Positions 17,852-27,788 of a stretch of DNA of 64,000 bases are shown here, piece by piece. Made by a program: the position numbers and the translations under genes. The DNA comes from an uncultured Candidatus Saccharibacteria bacterium (GTDB lineage Bacteria > Patescibacteriota > Minisyncoccia > Phycocordibacterales > JAACPR01): NCBI GenBank assembly GCA_964630375.1, contig CAZVRT010000003.1, positions 41,972 through 105,971 of the forward strand. Reading direction: 5' to 3'. How positions within the stretch are numbered: position 1 is the first letter of the stretch; each line of letters begins with the position of its first letter. Under the pieces are notes generated by a model. The model was given only the letters and a program-made list of their open reading frames with translations, made no database searches and was not told the DNA's origin.

Positions 17852-20800
17852 TTATTGCTCCCTAATATCTGGATTTACCAAACAAGTTACAGGACCAGAA
17901 GTTTGTGTTGTTTGATTTGCGCCCTCTCCACTTACACAAGTCATGGTATAAGTTCCAGGCTGAACACCCATATTCCCTTCTATTCTTTCAGGTTCCGGAT
18001 TACTGTTTCCTATTCCGGGACCAAATATTTGCATAGGGGAATTATTTCTATAAAGAGTACATGTGTGAGCCATATCCACATTCCAAGACAAATTACACGT
18101 TCCTCCTTTATTTATTACATTTTGATCAAGAGTCAGATTTTTGTTAAATATCGGTATTGGAAGAGTACACATTCCTGTTAAATTGTTGCAGATATTTTCT
18201 CCAGGACACTCATCGTTTGTCATACATTCTCTAATAAATATTGAACAAGAAGCACTAGCTTCGTTGTTGCTTGCATCCTTCACTACAACAGTCGTTGTTA
18301 CAGTTTGTCCTTTTCTATAATTATGAGTATCTAATAATATACCAGAAGTATATTTGTTTTCATGCCAAGTTAACTTACCATTAACAAACCACTTGTAAGT
18401 TAGAGTGCCTTCTGCCGGATCTTGAACATCAACACCCCAGATAACTGACTCCATCAAACTAAATACATTTTTTGGACTATTATTTGCAATAGCATCTTGA
18501 TTTGCATATGCATAACACCTTGGAACCATTGGCGCAACATTCATAGAACATCGAGCGGTATTAGAAACTTTTTCTCCTTGATAATTTTTTGCATAAACAT
18601 CCATGACATAAGTTTTATTTCCTGCCGAAGGATAATTTATGTTGAATCTACCGCCATTATTTGTTCCGGGTCTTTCTGCATTATTAGGTGTAGAATAACC
18701 AACTGCATTCCAAACGAAAATTAAACCATTTACATCGTATTCTCGAGAAGCCGCTCCAACTTGAGGAATCCAAGAAACTGTCGGACTTTCTTCTTTTGTA
18801 TTTTTTGGACTAGCACTACACGCCAACTCAACCGGACAATTTTCACAACCTCCTTCTTCTCCCCCTCTCATCACACCAATTCTGGCACGAATAGTGTCAT
18901 TTGGCTTCATTCCTTGGAATCCTTGATCATCTCTTACCCAAACATTATCTATTAAATATTCAACGCCTGTTTTAATCCAACCAAAAGAATTTTCAGAGTC
19001 AAGTTCAACTCTATGAGAGCTTGTAGACATTAGCAAAGCTCCAAAGTATGGAATACTTACCCCGCCATATGTAGTTTCACATTCCGATGGTGGCAATCCA
19101 CTAAAAGCAACATTCCCTTTATTATCTCTAACTAATCCCAAAAGAGAACTTGGTTGACCTGCTCCGCAAACTCTTAAAGGTGATCGCAAATATATTTCAT
19201 CAATATTCTTATTTCCATCAAAGTTTTCGTCCACATAGAAACTAGCTCGCACACCTGTTGGATATGTACAATGACGCTCTCCTTTTACAAATTCAACTCC
19301 TATATCTGCATCACAATAAGCGGCAGAGAAACTTGTATTAGCTAAAATCGCAAAATCTTGATAATACTCTCCATCTGAATCTGCCAATTCTTTTATAATG
19401 TCTCCTTCTTCATAATTTTCAAAACAAAATTCAAAAATGTAAGGACCATAGACCCATTCATTCACAACATCGTTGGCTGCAACAGGCACCCCAGCTAAAC
19501 CATAAGAATCGGCTGGCTTTAAATCATGATCAAGAACATATTCTGAAGTTTTATCAGCAACCACAATCCAATAACGATAGCTCACTCTTTTATCAAGTTG
19601 ACCGATGTTAATACTTTCTTGTCTTGATATCTCACTTAAGTATTCACTTCCTTTCCAATTATTAAAATATTTTATTTGAACATTATCAGCTCCGTTTAGA
19701 CATTGCTTACATTGAACTTTGATATAAACAGTTACCTTATCACAATCTTCGGTACAAATACCTTTATACTCTATGGGCAGAAAGTCACTTTGAATATCCA
19801 AAAGAGTTTTATCTATTTTAGGAGTATTTGGACCGTTTTCATAAGGCAAACAATAATCACCTCCCATTGCACCCGGTTCGAAATAATACCCTTCTGGACA
19901 AGGAGAGTCACATTCATCTCCCCAATAACCATTAATTCCACAAATATATTCTACTGGAGGATACTCACAAGGAGCAGGCTGCCAATAGTTCGAGGCACTA
20001 GGATTATCACACAATTCTGGCTGATTATTAGGATCTGCTCCGGGATTAGTATAATAAGTACAAGGAAGAGGTGTTCCTGGGCTGTCAGCGTTTATGTCCG
20101 TACAAACATTACCATCACCAGTGCCACCAGAGTCCCCCGGATTGTTGTTATACTCACAACCTCCTCCGTCCATATTTGCATACGGATTGAAGTTTGCCGC
20201 AGTTGGGTCCATGCAACCATAGATATAATCATCTACAGGACCTTGATAACAGGACATGTAATCACAAGTCCAATCTTCCATATTTGCTGAAGAATTGTAG
20301 TTACATGCACCAGGATCTGTACATCCATAAGTGTATTCCCACTCTTGTGCTGACACATACTCTTGTCCAGAAAACATAATTGCTCCACCGATAAGAGATG
20401 CTGCTATCAAAATACTTGCAACAGTGAAATTTACTTTCTTTCTAAAAAACGCGAGTCCGCCTAGAACAATTAACAAAACTACCAATGTGATAATTGTGTT
20501 TCTTAATAAATTAGATTCTTTAGGGTACTCAAAAATTTGAGTGGTATCCATTGTTATAACTTGCTCATCTAAAACAGTTCCATCTTCAGAAGTTAAAATA
20601 ACTTGGACTTCATCAATTAAAGTTTTTGATTTTATTTTTGTATCAGCAAAACTTACATTCACATCAATTCCATAATAATCACCATTCATTGGAATTTCCT
20701 TTTGTTCTTCTTGTACAACTTCACCTTCGTTTTTGAAAATTGCTTTTAGAAAAATTTTCTGCACATCAGAATCACCTGCAGCCACAATATTTGCTACAAG

Positions 20801-21766
20801 ATTTATCGGTTCTCCTTTTCTGTATGAGTTAATATTTGTTTCTAAATCAAAAATACGTCCAAGCAATCCTTTATACAAAAGTCTAACTGCTATACTTTCA
20901 GAAATCTGCACACCTCGACTGTCTTTAAAATCAAGTGTTGCATTATGAGGACCAGATTGCATATTTTCCCAAGGTTCTATTTTGAATTCCAAACCACCAC
21001 CAACAACTAAACTACTTAACGGAATGTTTAATTTTTCGTAAACAATTTTTGTGTAATCGTTTGCATGAGTAACTTTATAATCAACAAATATTTCTTCACG
21101 ATTCAATGCATTAAACAACTGCTCATTCATTTCTCTTGGAAAAGCAATCAAATACTCTCCGTCTTTTTCAAGATTTGGTCCTTGTTTAAGTCCATACACC
21201 TCCTTATTCTTCATATCAATAAGTGCCGCTTCTTTACTCAAGATAAAACGATTTAAGCCCGTTAGCCTTACAGGTTCTTTAGTATATGTAACTCCATAAA
21301 TAGAAAGTTCTTCATTATAAATTGTTCCTCTTATAAAATATGATCCGCCAGGTATTGTGTCTGGTACTTGATATTCAATTGTTTTTCTTAAAACTTGATT
21401 TGGAGCAAGTCTTTCAAGAGAATCAGAAGTAGAAAACACATACTGCAAATCTTCAAAAAGTAATCCAGTTTCTTTTAAAGCCTCCCCTTGATGAAACTCA
21501 AAATTATATCTCAAATTGTCCACAAATCTGTTTGATTTGTTTGCAATGTTAAAATTTATACTAACAGTTCTATTTTCATTTGAATAAATAACATTGTTGA
21601 TTGTTATAACCAAAGGAACTTCATTTTCATTTACAACATCTGTGATTACAGAACTGTCGTTGCTAGTTATCTGAGCAAATAAAGTATTGAATGGAAAAAT
21701 TAGAGCTAATAAAAACAAAAAAACTGATAAAACCTTAAAACAAAAAAACTGATTTGCAATTTTCAT
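17852..21766 (-). CDS. Giant (about 1,304 aa) cysteine-rich surface protein with signal peptide and internal TM segments
   Basis: Start placed at MKIANQFFCFKVLSVFLFLLALIF (a signal peptide); the track's extension overlaps the upstream gene. Repeated YGCxDPxAxNxNxxANMxxxxCxY motifs; TM helix TIITLVVLLIVLGGLAFF. Confidence 0.55.
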   Translation of the reverse strand: MKIANQFFCFKVLSVFLFLLALIFPFNTLFAQITSNDSSVITDVVNENEVPLVITINNVIYSNENRTVSINFNIANKSNRFVDNLRYNFEFHQGEALKETGLLFEDLQYVFSTSDSLERLAPNQVLRKTIEYQVPDTIPGGSYFIRGTIYNEELSIYGVTYTKEPVRLTGLNRFILSKEAALIDMKNKEVYGLKQGPNLEKDGEYLIAFPREMNEQLFNALNREEIFVDYKVTHANDYTKIVYEKLNIPLSSLVVGGGLEFKIEPWENMQSGPHNATLDFKDSRGVQISESIAVRLLYKGLLGRIFDLETNINSYRKGEPINLVANIVAAGDSDVQKIFLKAIFKNEGEVVQEEQKEIPMNGDYYGIDVNVSFADTKIKSKTLIDEVQVILTSEDGTVLDEQVITMDTTQIFEYPKESNLLRNTIITLVVLLIVLGGLAFFRKKVNFTVASILIAASLIGGAIMFSGQEYVSAQEWEYTYGCTDPGACNYNSSANMEDWTCDYMSCYQGPVDDYIYGCMDPTAANFNPYANMDGGGCEYNNNPGDSGGTGDGNVCTDINADSPGTPLPCTYYTNPGADPNNQPELCDNPSASNYWQPAPCEYPPVEYICGINGYWGDECDSPCPEGYYFEPGAMGGDYCLPYENGPNTPKIDKTLLDIQSDFLPIEYKGICTEDCDKVTVYIKVQCKQCLNGADNVQIKYFNNWKGSEYLSEISRQESINIGQLDKRVSYRYWIVVADKTSEYVLDHDLKPADSYGLAGVPVAANDVVNEWVYGPYIFEFCFENYEEGDIIKELADSDGEYYQDFAILANTSFSAAYCDADIGVEFVKGERHCTYPTGVRASFYVDENFDGNKNIDEIYLRSPLRVCGAGQPSSLLGLVRDNKGNVAFSGLPPSECETTYGGVSIPYFGALLMSTSSHRVELDSENSFGWIKTGVEYLIDNVWVRDDQGFQGMKPNDTIRARIGVMRGGEEGGCENCPVELACSASPKNTKEESPTVSWIPQVGAASREYDVNGLIFVWNAVGYSTPNNAERPGTNNGGRFNINYPSAGNKTYVMDVYAKNYQGEKVSNTARCSMNVAPMVPRCYAYANQDAIANNSPKNVFSLMESVIWGVDVQDPAEGTLTYKWFVNGKLTWHENKYTSGILLDTHNYRKGQTVTTTVVVKDASNNEASASCSIFIRECMTNDECPGENICNNLTGMCTLPIPIFNKNLTLDQNVINKGGTCNLSWNVDMAHTCTLYRNNSPMQIFGPGIGNSNPEPERIEGNMGVQPGTYTMTCVSGEGANQTTQTSGPVTCLVNPDIREQ

Positions 21767-21803
21767 ACTTAAAAATTTTACCACAATAAAGTTGTATAAA
21801 ATT

Positions 21804-23579
21804 TTATTCTTGTTGGATATCCACAAGTGTAGTATATGCAGGACAAGTATTGTAAAGTTTTTGGTGAGGACCGATTCCAGCAACTTTTCCATTTTCAAGA
21901 CAAATTATTTTGTCAGCATGTCTGACAGTCGAAAGTCTGTGCGCAATAACAATAACAGTTCTATTTTTAAAAGATTCTTTCATCGCCTCGTGAATTGCTT
22001 TTTCATTTTCTCCATCAAGCGAGCTTGTGGCTTCATCAAAAATTAAAATTTCCGGATTTACTGAAAGTGCGCGTGCAATTCCAACTCTTTGTCTTTGCCC
22101 TCCAGAAAGTTTAATTCCTCTTTCTCCGACTATTGCGTCAAAAGGCTTTTCGCCAAGTCTTTCAAAAAACTGATCGATTCGTGTAATTTTTGCCAATTCA
22201 ATTAATTTTTCATCAGTCCATTTTTCTTTTTCTTCGTCAGAAAGTCCAAACAAAATATTTTCACGCAAAGTTGTATTTTGCAAAATAACTTCTTGCTCCA
22301 CAATTCCGATATTTTTTCGATGTGCTTCAAGAGAAAGTTCTTTCAAATCTACTCCTTCAATTTTTATATTTCCAGAATCAGGATCAAATGCTCGCAAAAG
22401 CAAATTGATTATTGTAGTTTTTCCGGCACCAGAACGACCCACAATCGCACAAACTTCACCTGCGTTTATTTTGAAAGAAATATCATCCAAAGCTTTCAAG
22501 TTTCCTTTTTCTTCATCATCATTTGTATGAGAAAAAGTAATGTTTTCAAATTCTATTGAATAACCACCTTCTTTTGATTCTAAAATTTTTGGCTCCGCAA
22601 TTTCTTTAATATCATTTTCAATCGCTAAAATTTCAAAGAATTTTTCGACTTGCGGCCATTGAAATGCGAGACGGCGAAAAGTATGATAAACACTTTCAAC
22701 AATCCCATTCATCCTCAATCCATAAGTCAAAAGAGTTACTGCTGCACCGACAGTCATTACATTCCAAGATGTTACCGACAAAATAGACAATGCGACAATC
22801 GTAACTAATCCAATGTCGCCAATAATAGAAACCGTACCCGTTTTTATTTCATAAGGAACCCAAGTTTTTTGAAAATGCTTTGTTAAGTCATCTAGTTTTT
22901 TATTTTGTTCAGACAAAACCTTCTTTTCAGCCCCTCGAAAAATCACCGACGTTACAACTCTAATCATTTCAGAATTCCACCGATTAACCTCAAGCCTGTG
23001 ATCTCTAAATTTTCTCCACTGTTCTAATTGTCTAATATTTATAAATTGATAAACAGAAAATTGAAAAATACTAATTATTAAAATCACAATACCGATCAAA
23101 GGCGAAATGAAAATCATTGCAGATATAATAAAAAGGAATCTAAAAAAGTTTGGGAGAATATCATAATTTAAACTAAAAAATATTTGTCCGACAGCACTTC
23201 TTCCTTGATCTAAAACACTTTGTTTAAATCCGCTATCATTTTTAACGTGTTGTCCCACAGAAATCTCTGTCATCTTTTTTAAAGAAACTTCATCCAAAAT
23301 ATTATCAGCTTGTTTCTGAATATTTCGCATTTCATTAACATTTCTAATCAAAATTAATAATGAAGTTGCAAATATTGAACAAATCAAAAATATCAAATTG
23401 TCTTTGAGTTCAAAAATATTTTTCCCAGATGTAATTCCATCGATTATCTTTCCAAAATAGTAAGGCCAAATTAAAGCAACAGCAGAAAAAATAATGATTA
23501 AAATCATTTGAAAAGCAATCGCCTTTCTGAGCGGTTTAAAAAATTTGAATATTTTAATTAAATTTGATGTTAGATTCAT
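21804..23579 (-). CDS. ABC exporter, fused permease and ATPase (MsbA/MdlB-like)
   Basis: Six TM segments, Walker A GRSGAGKTT, signature LSGGQRQRVGIARAL, Walker B ILIFDEATSSLD. Confidence 0.85.
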   Translation of the reverse strand: MNLTSNLIKIFKFFKPLRKAIAFQMILIIIFSAVALIWPYYFGKIIDGITSGKNIFELKDNLIFLICSIFATSLLILIRNVNEMRNIQKQADNILDEVSLKKMTEISVGQHVKNDSGFKQSVLDQGRSAVGQIFFSLNYDILPNFFRFLFIISAMIFISPLIGIVILIISIFQFSVYQFINIRQLEQWRKFRDHRLEVNRWNSEMIRVVTSVIFRGAEKKVLSEQNKKLDDLTKHFQKTWVPYEIKTGTVSIIGDIGLVTIVALSILSVTSWNVMTVGAAVTLLTYGLRMNGIVESVYHTFRRLAFQWPQVEKFFEILAIENDIKEIAEPKILESKEGGYSIEFENITFSHTNDDEEKGNLKALDDISFKINAGEVCAIVGRSGAGKTTIINLLLRAFDPDSGNIKIEGVDLKELSLEAHRKNIGIVEQEVILQNTTLRENILFGLSDEEKEKWTDEKLIELAKITRIDQFFERLGEKPFDAIVGERGIKLSGGQRQRVGIARALSVNPEILIFDEATSSLDGENEKAIHEAMKESFKNRTVIVIAHRLSTVRHADKIICLENGKVAGIGPHQKLYNTCPAYTTLVDIQQE

Positions 23580-23587
23580 AAAAATTT

Positions 23588-23830
23588 TTATATATTATTA
23601 TAAGTTTTGTCACTTCGTTTTCCGATATGTAAAATAATAACTATATTATTAGTTGTTTTAAATATAATTCGATAACTACCAACTCTGACCCTAAAAATAT
23701 CTTTGTGTCCTTTCAGTCTTTTAACATCAAGCTCTTGTAAATCACCTTTTACAATTAATTCAATTATACCCACAATCTTTAGAGCCTCTTTGGAGTTAAG
23801 TTTCTGAATAGCTTTGGAAACTTTATCCAT
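23588..23830 (-). CDS. RelE/ParE family type II toxin
   Basis: 80 aa. IFRVRVGSYRIIFKTTNNIVIILHIGKRSD matches the RelE consensus. It overlaps the upstream antitoxin by 8 nt. Confidence 0.7.
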   Translation of the reverse strand: MDKVSKAIQKLNSKEALKIVGIIELIVKGDLQELDVKRLKGHKDIFRVRVGSYRIIFKTTNNIVIILHIGKRSDKTYNNI

Positions 23831-24071
23831 GCAATGATCTTATGGCTTTTATAATATCTTTTGCAGGAACACCTTCTTTATTAATTTCAGTGAAATCAAT
23901 AACGGTTTCCCAAACTTCATCGACACCAACAGGAGTCAATTTAAATACGGGAGTAGATCTTCTAAGCACAGTAAAAACTTCTCCTTTATTAACTAAGGAA
24001 ATATATTTATCTGCATTCAATCTAAATTCCTTAAGTCCAATAATATTTGATTTTTTACTTGTGCTTTTCAT
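23823..24071 (-). CDS. Phd/YefM-like antitoxin
   Basis: 82 aa. NIIGLKEFRLNADKYISLVNKGEVFTVLRRSTPVFKLTPV resembles the Phd N-terminus. Translationally coupled to the toxin. Confidence 0.5.
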   Translation of the reverse strand: MKSTSKKSNIIGLKEFRLNADKYISLVNKGEVFTVLRRSTPVFKLTPVGVDEVWETVIDFTEINKEGVPAKDIIKAIRSLHG

Positions 24072-24128
24072 AACACACTAAGTTTACCTTAAGGTAAACT
24101 TAGTGTCAATTAGATATCATTTTTAAAT

Positions 24129-25931
24129 TTATATGAACTTAATGGAATTAAAAATTTCTCTTTGTACAGGGTGATCAGGGTAATCAATATAAAAATTATT
24201 ACCTTTATGTTCAACAAAAATTACAGATCTATCCAATCCTACGGCTGTGGAGTGTATTAACAAATTAGCCTTTTTCCCATCAATTATAAATTCTTTTTCT
24301 TCAATAATTTTTGAATATTCCTCCGGTTGATTCACAGCTTCTCTAAATTCTTCGTAAGTCATCTCTGTTAAAGTTATAGAAACACCTCCTAAACCATCTC
24401 GAGCTGCAGTCCATTCTGGATAATCAACCTTTACATAATCCCTTTCAGGGATTTCTTTAACAATATAATTAGAAGGATATTCAAATTGAATTCCCCAATC
24501 TTTATTTTCATATCTACTTATTTCATTTGAAGCTTTCACAACACCATATGAATCGAACTCTAAATCTTCCAGCATAGATACATGTGCCAAAATTCCTTTT
24601 GTAGTGTAACTATAATCCAACAAATTTATTTCAAATATAATTTCATTTGGATTATGTTCAGTTTTTAAAACAACAGCAGTGTTGTTGTTTTTAAATTCCA
24701 CAGACATAGAGTCAGTTTCTATATTAAAAATTTTAATTTCATTACCGCTCAAATCTGTAATCACAAATTTTCTAAAATCCCAACCATTGAATGTAGATTT
24801 AAAATACAACTCTCCTTTATCATAGTTAGCACCCAATAATTCAAGGTACGGAGAATTTTCACTTAACTTCTTTATATGTTGAATATTTTCTCCATCAACA
24901 TCCGAAGAATACAAATTGAAATTTACAACTTGGGGCATTTCTGAATAGTCTTTAAATTCAAAAGCATCGTAAGTCGTAAAAAATCTTTTTTTCCTATCAA
25001 ACGAAATAGCGTCTGAATATACATATCCTTGGCTTAAATATTCTATAGGTCTGTTTTCATAAATCTCTGTCTTATTTATTTTTTTCAATAATTCATGCCA
25101 AAATTCTTCTCTTGAATAAGTTTTAAATTCGTTATCAATTTCCTGAACTTGCAAATCGATTCTGAATTTTTTGTTTATCTCTTCAAAACTTTGGTCATTT
25201 GGAATGAAACCTAGTTTGTGCATATAATCATCAGCATAACCGGTAAACAATCTTGAATAATGAAATGGCACACTGCCCTTTTTGGTTCGGTTCGCAGAAT
25301 CCATTAAAAGGTTTGTGCAGTTTGATGTCAGTGTGTTGTAAAATTTAGCTTTTGTTTCAAGTTCTTGCGCTTGTTGTGCTAAATCCAAAAATAAATTTCT
25401 GCTTGCTTCTTTAGAAATCAAAAGAGGATACATATTCAACTCGTGATCTTCATAATGTACTGCTCTTCTGGTTATAAAATCTGCGGCACTTCCATACGCA
25501 TACCACAACTCATATTTATTAAACAAACCTTTTATCGAATTAAATTCCTCATCTTTTTCCCGCCGTGCTTCAATAGAAACAGAAATTACTTTTCCATCAG
25601 AAAATTCAAACAAAAAGAAAGAGTGTCCGACGCCATCCCATTTTCCAAAAGGATTAAACAACAAATATGTTTTTTCAACTTCATCTAGATTAAAAGTTTC
25701 ATCATAATAATCTTTCGACAAAACTTTCTCAGAATCATATCGCCAATCTCGAATATTTTTTATTTCAATAATATTTTCATTTATAGAAATGCTTGGCAAA
25801 ATTTTTGAATCTTCAGACCAATCTCTATCGAGTGACGGAATTTTTAATTTGTTAGAAATGAAAATTACTAAAATGAGAACAATAATAAAAACTATTATTC
25901 CTAATATTATTTTTAAAATTTTCTTTGTCAT
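24129..25931 (-). CDS. Membrane-anchored hypothetical protein, possibly DUF4105-like
   Basis: N-terminal TM, then WDGVGHSFFLFEFSDG...SIEARREKDE..YELWYAYG. Family assignment is from memory only. Confidence 0.3.
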   Translation of the reverse strand: MTKKILKIILGIIVFIIVLILVIFISNKLKIPSLDRDWSEDSKILPSISINENIIEIKNIRDWRYDSEKVLSKDYYDETFNLDEVEKTYLLFNPFGKWDGVGHSFFLFEFSDGKVISVSIEARREKDEEFNSIKGLFNKYELWYAYGSAADFITRRAVHYEDHELNMYPLLISKEASRNLFLDLAQQAQELETKAKFYNTLTSNCTNLLMDSANRTKKGSVPFHYSRLFTGYADDYMHKLGFIPNDQSFEEINKKFRIDLQVQEIDNEFKTYSREEFWHELLKKINKTEIYENRPIEYLSQGYVYSDAISFDRKKRFFTTYDAFEFKDYSEMPQVVNFNLYSSDVDGENIQHIKKLSENSPYLELLGANYDKGELYFKSTFNGWDFRKFVITDLSGNEIKIFNIETDSMSVEFKNNNTAVVLKTEHNPNEIIFEINLLDYSYTTKGILAHVSMLEDLEFDSYGVVKASNEISRYENKDWGIQFEYPSNYIVKEIPERDYVKVDYPEWTAARDGLGGVSITLTEMTYEEFREAVNQPEEYSKIIEEKEFIIDGKKANLLIHSTAVGLDRSVIFVEHKGNNFYIDYPDHPVQREIFNSIKFI

Positions 25932-25983
25932 TAAATTATTTTATCACCAAAAAATAAAAACACTTCTTCCGAAGTGTTGTTTG

Positions 25984-26057
25984 CGCGAGTGATGGGACTC
26001 GAACCCACGGCCTTCCGCGTGACAGGCGGACGCTCTAACCAGCTGAGCTACACCCGC
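25984..26057 (-). tRNA. tRNA-Asp (anticodon GTC)
   Basis: Acceptor GCGGGTG / CACTCGC, anticodon loop CTGTCAC, T-loop TTCGAGT. 74 nt. Confidence 0.85.
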
Positions 26058-26155
26058 AATATTTCGCTAAATATCGCGTTCCAGTACTTTATCAAATTTG
26101 ACGAAGTTTATCAATATTAAACCAAACTTGTCCCGAGGGGCAGAATTGAACTGCC

Positions 26156-26229
26156 GACCTTAGCTTTATGAGTGCTACGCTCTAACCAACTGAGCTACCT
26201 CGGGGTGCATTTAATCAATGCAAAAACAC
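26156..26229 (-). tRNA. tRNA with a CAT anticodon (elongator Met or Ile2)
   Basis: Acceptor CCCGAGG / CCTCGGG, anticodon loop CTCATAA, T-loop TTCAATT. 74 nt. Confidence 0.75.
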
Positions 26230-26249
26230 TATAATATATTGGGCTGATT

Positions 26250-27092
26250 TTACAAGCCTAACTTTTTAGGTTCTTCTTCGTATTCTTTAACTCTTTTTTC
26301 CAAAGCATCTTGCGCCCTGCTTCTTATAGATTCAATTTTGTTTATCACCGAAACATCATCTTCATTTTCCAAATTATCAGTCTCAGAATTCACAGAAAGT
26401 GAAATCTCTGCGGTAGTTGTTGAAATCGAAGTTGAAGTTGCGTTTGTATCTTCTGCATTATTATCTTCATCCTCTTCCTCAACCAAATCAACTTTCTCTG
26501 GTTTTGTATCTTCCTCGTCTTCTTCAATTTTAGCAGACGCAGATTTCAGAATTTCTTCATTTATTACCAATGTTGCCACTACAGCTTGATGATTATTTAA
26601 AATTTCTTGTTCAGAATTTTTTGAATTTTCCAAAACCGTTAAAGTTGCTGTCACATTATTTTCTAACGCAATTTCAAAATCATCTATGGCATTCTTTTTT
26701 ACTTCTCCTTTTTCAACCAAGGCTTTTATCTCTTCAGTTCTTCTCACCAACAAAGATTGATAATAATCATCTTTCTTTTCTTCTGGAACAAATATTGCGA
26801 CAATCTCTTCGTTAATCTTTGTCTTCACATCATAAAGAAAATCTCCTGGCAAACTTTTTTCAGCAGCAAAAGAAATTGGAGCTCCGATAACAGCAAACAA
26901 AAGTACCAACGCAGAAGCTGTTTTAAAATAAAATGAAAATTGTAAAAATGGAGAAACGACAGGTTTTTTCTTTTCTTCAATTTTTGAAAAAATATTATTC
27001 TTCAATTTTTGTCTTTCTTCCAATGACAAAGAAACTTGGCTGTAACCAGTTTTTAAGTCTTCTATATTTTTTTGAAACCTATCGTTATTCAT
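26250..27092 (-). CDS. Putative anti-sigma factor (membrane-anchored, DUF5667-like)
   Basis: Overlaps the ECF sigma gene by 8 nt. One TM segment, followed by the PGDFLYDVK motif typical of DUF5667 anti-sigma-like proteins. Acidic low-complexity C-terminus. Confidence 0.45.
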   Translation of the reverse strand: MNNDRFQKNIEDLKTGYSQVSLSLEERQKLKNNIFSKIEEKKKPVVSPFLQFSFYFKTASALVLLFAVIGAPISFAAEKSLPGDFLYDVKTKINEEIVAIFVPEEKKDDYYQSLLVRRTEEIKALVEKGEVKKNAIDDFEIALENNVTATLTVLENSKNSEQEILNNHQAVVATLVINEEILKSASAKIEEDEEDTKPEKVDLVEEEDEDNNAEDTNATSTSISTTTAEISLSVNSETDNLENEDDVSVINKIESIRSRAQDALEKRVKEYEEEPKKLGL

Positions 27093-27648
27093 TTGTAGTT
27101 TTGCTATCGTGATTATATATCTCTTCTAGTTTTGAAATAGCTCTATGAAGTCTAACAGAAAGTGCGTTTTCTGAAATATTATATATCTCAGAAATTTCTT
27201 TTACCGAAAAACCTTCAATGTATTTTAATAAAATTATTTCAGCATCTTTTTTAGACAATTGACTTATTGCTTGATACAAATCTCTGACATCAAAAATTTT
27301 TTGAAAATCATTAGCAGTATCTTTTACCTCGAAACCTTCTTCTGACATTTCATCTAGAGAATAATAAGAAATATCTCTTTGGTAACTATTAACAAGTAAA
27401 TTGTGTGCGACTTTATATAAAAGAGCCTTCGGAAAATCCAAACTATTCCCTTTTGATAAATATGATTGCCAAACACGGATAAAAACTTCTTGAGTTAAAT
27501 CAAGTGCTTTTTCTCGGTTTCTGATTCTGAATTGTATATACCTAAAAATATCATCAACATATTGATCGTATAACAATTCCATATTTTCTCTGTTTTGAGA
27601 ATCCATTGATTGTTTGGTGCTTCTGGCTTTATTAACCCATAAAAACAC
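27085..27648 (-). CDS. ECF-type RNA polymerase sigma factor
   Basis: Sigma-70 region 2 (DLTQEVFIRVWQ) and a region 4 HTH (SVKEISEIYNISENALSVRLHRA). Confidence 0.85.
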   Translation of the reverse strand: MFLWVNKARSTKQSMDSQNRENMELLYDQYVDDIFRYIQFRIRNREKALDLTQEVFIRVWQSYLSKGNSLDFPKALLYKVAHNLLVNSYQRDISYYSLDEMSEEGFEVKDTANDFQKIFDVRDLYQAISQLSKKDAEIILLKYIEGFSVKEISEIYNISENALSVRLHRAISKLEEIYNHDSKTTNE

Positions 27649-27788
27649 TTTTTCTTACATGTAAGATTTTTAGATTTCCTGTGTTACCAGTAGCAGAACC
27701 CCGTGTACCCTGACAATTTAATATAAAAATAGTCAAAATACGGAGTTATTACAGTTAACACATTATTCAAATTATAACAAACATTATT

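Noticed and set aside
21767-21898. 44-aa N-terminal extension of the giant surface-protein ORF
   Set aside because: It overlaps the upstream ABC-transporter gene. The internal Met at 21766 begins a canonical signal peptide.
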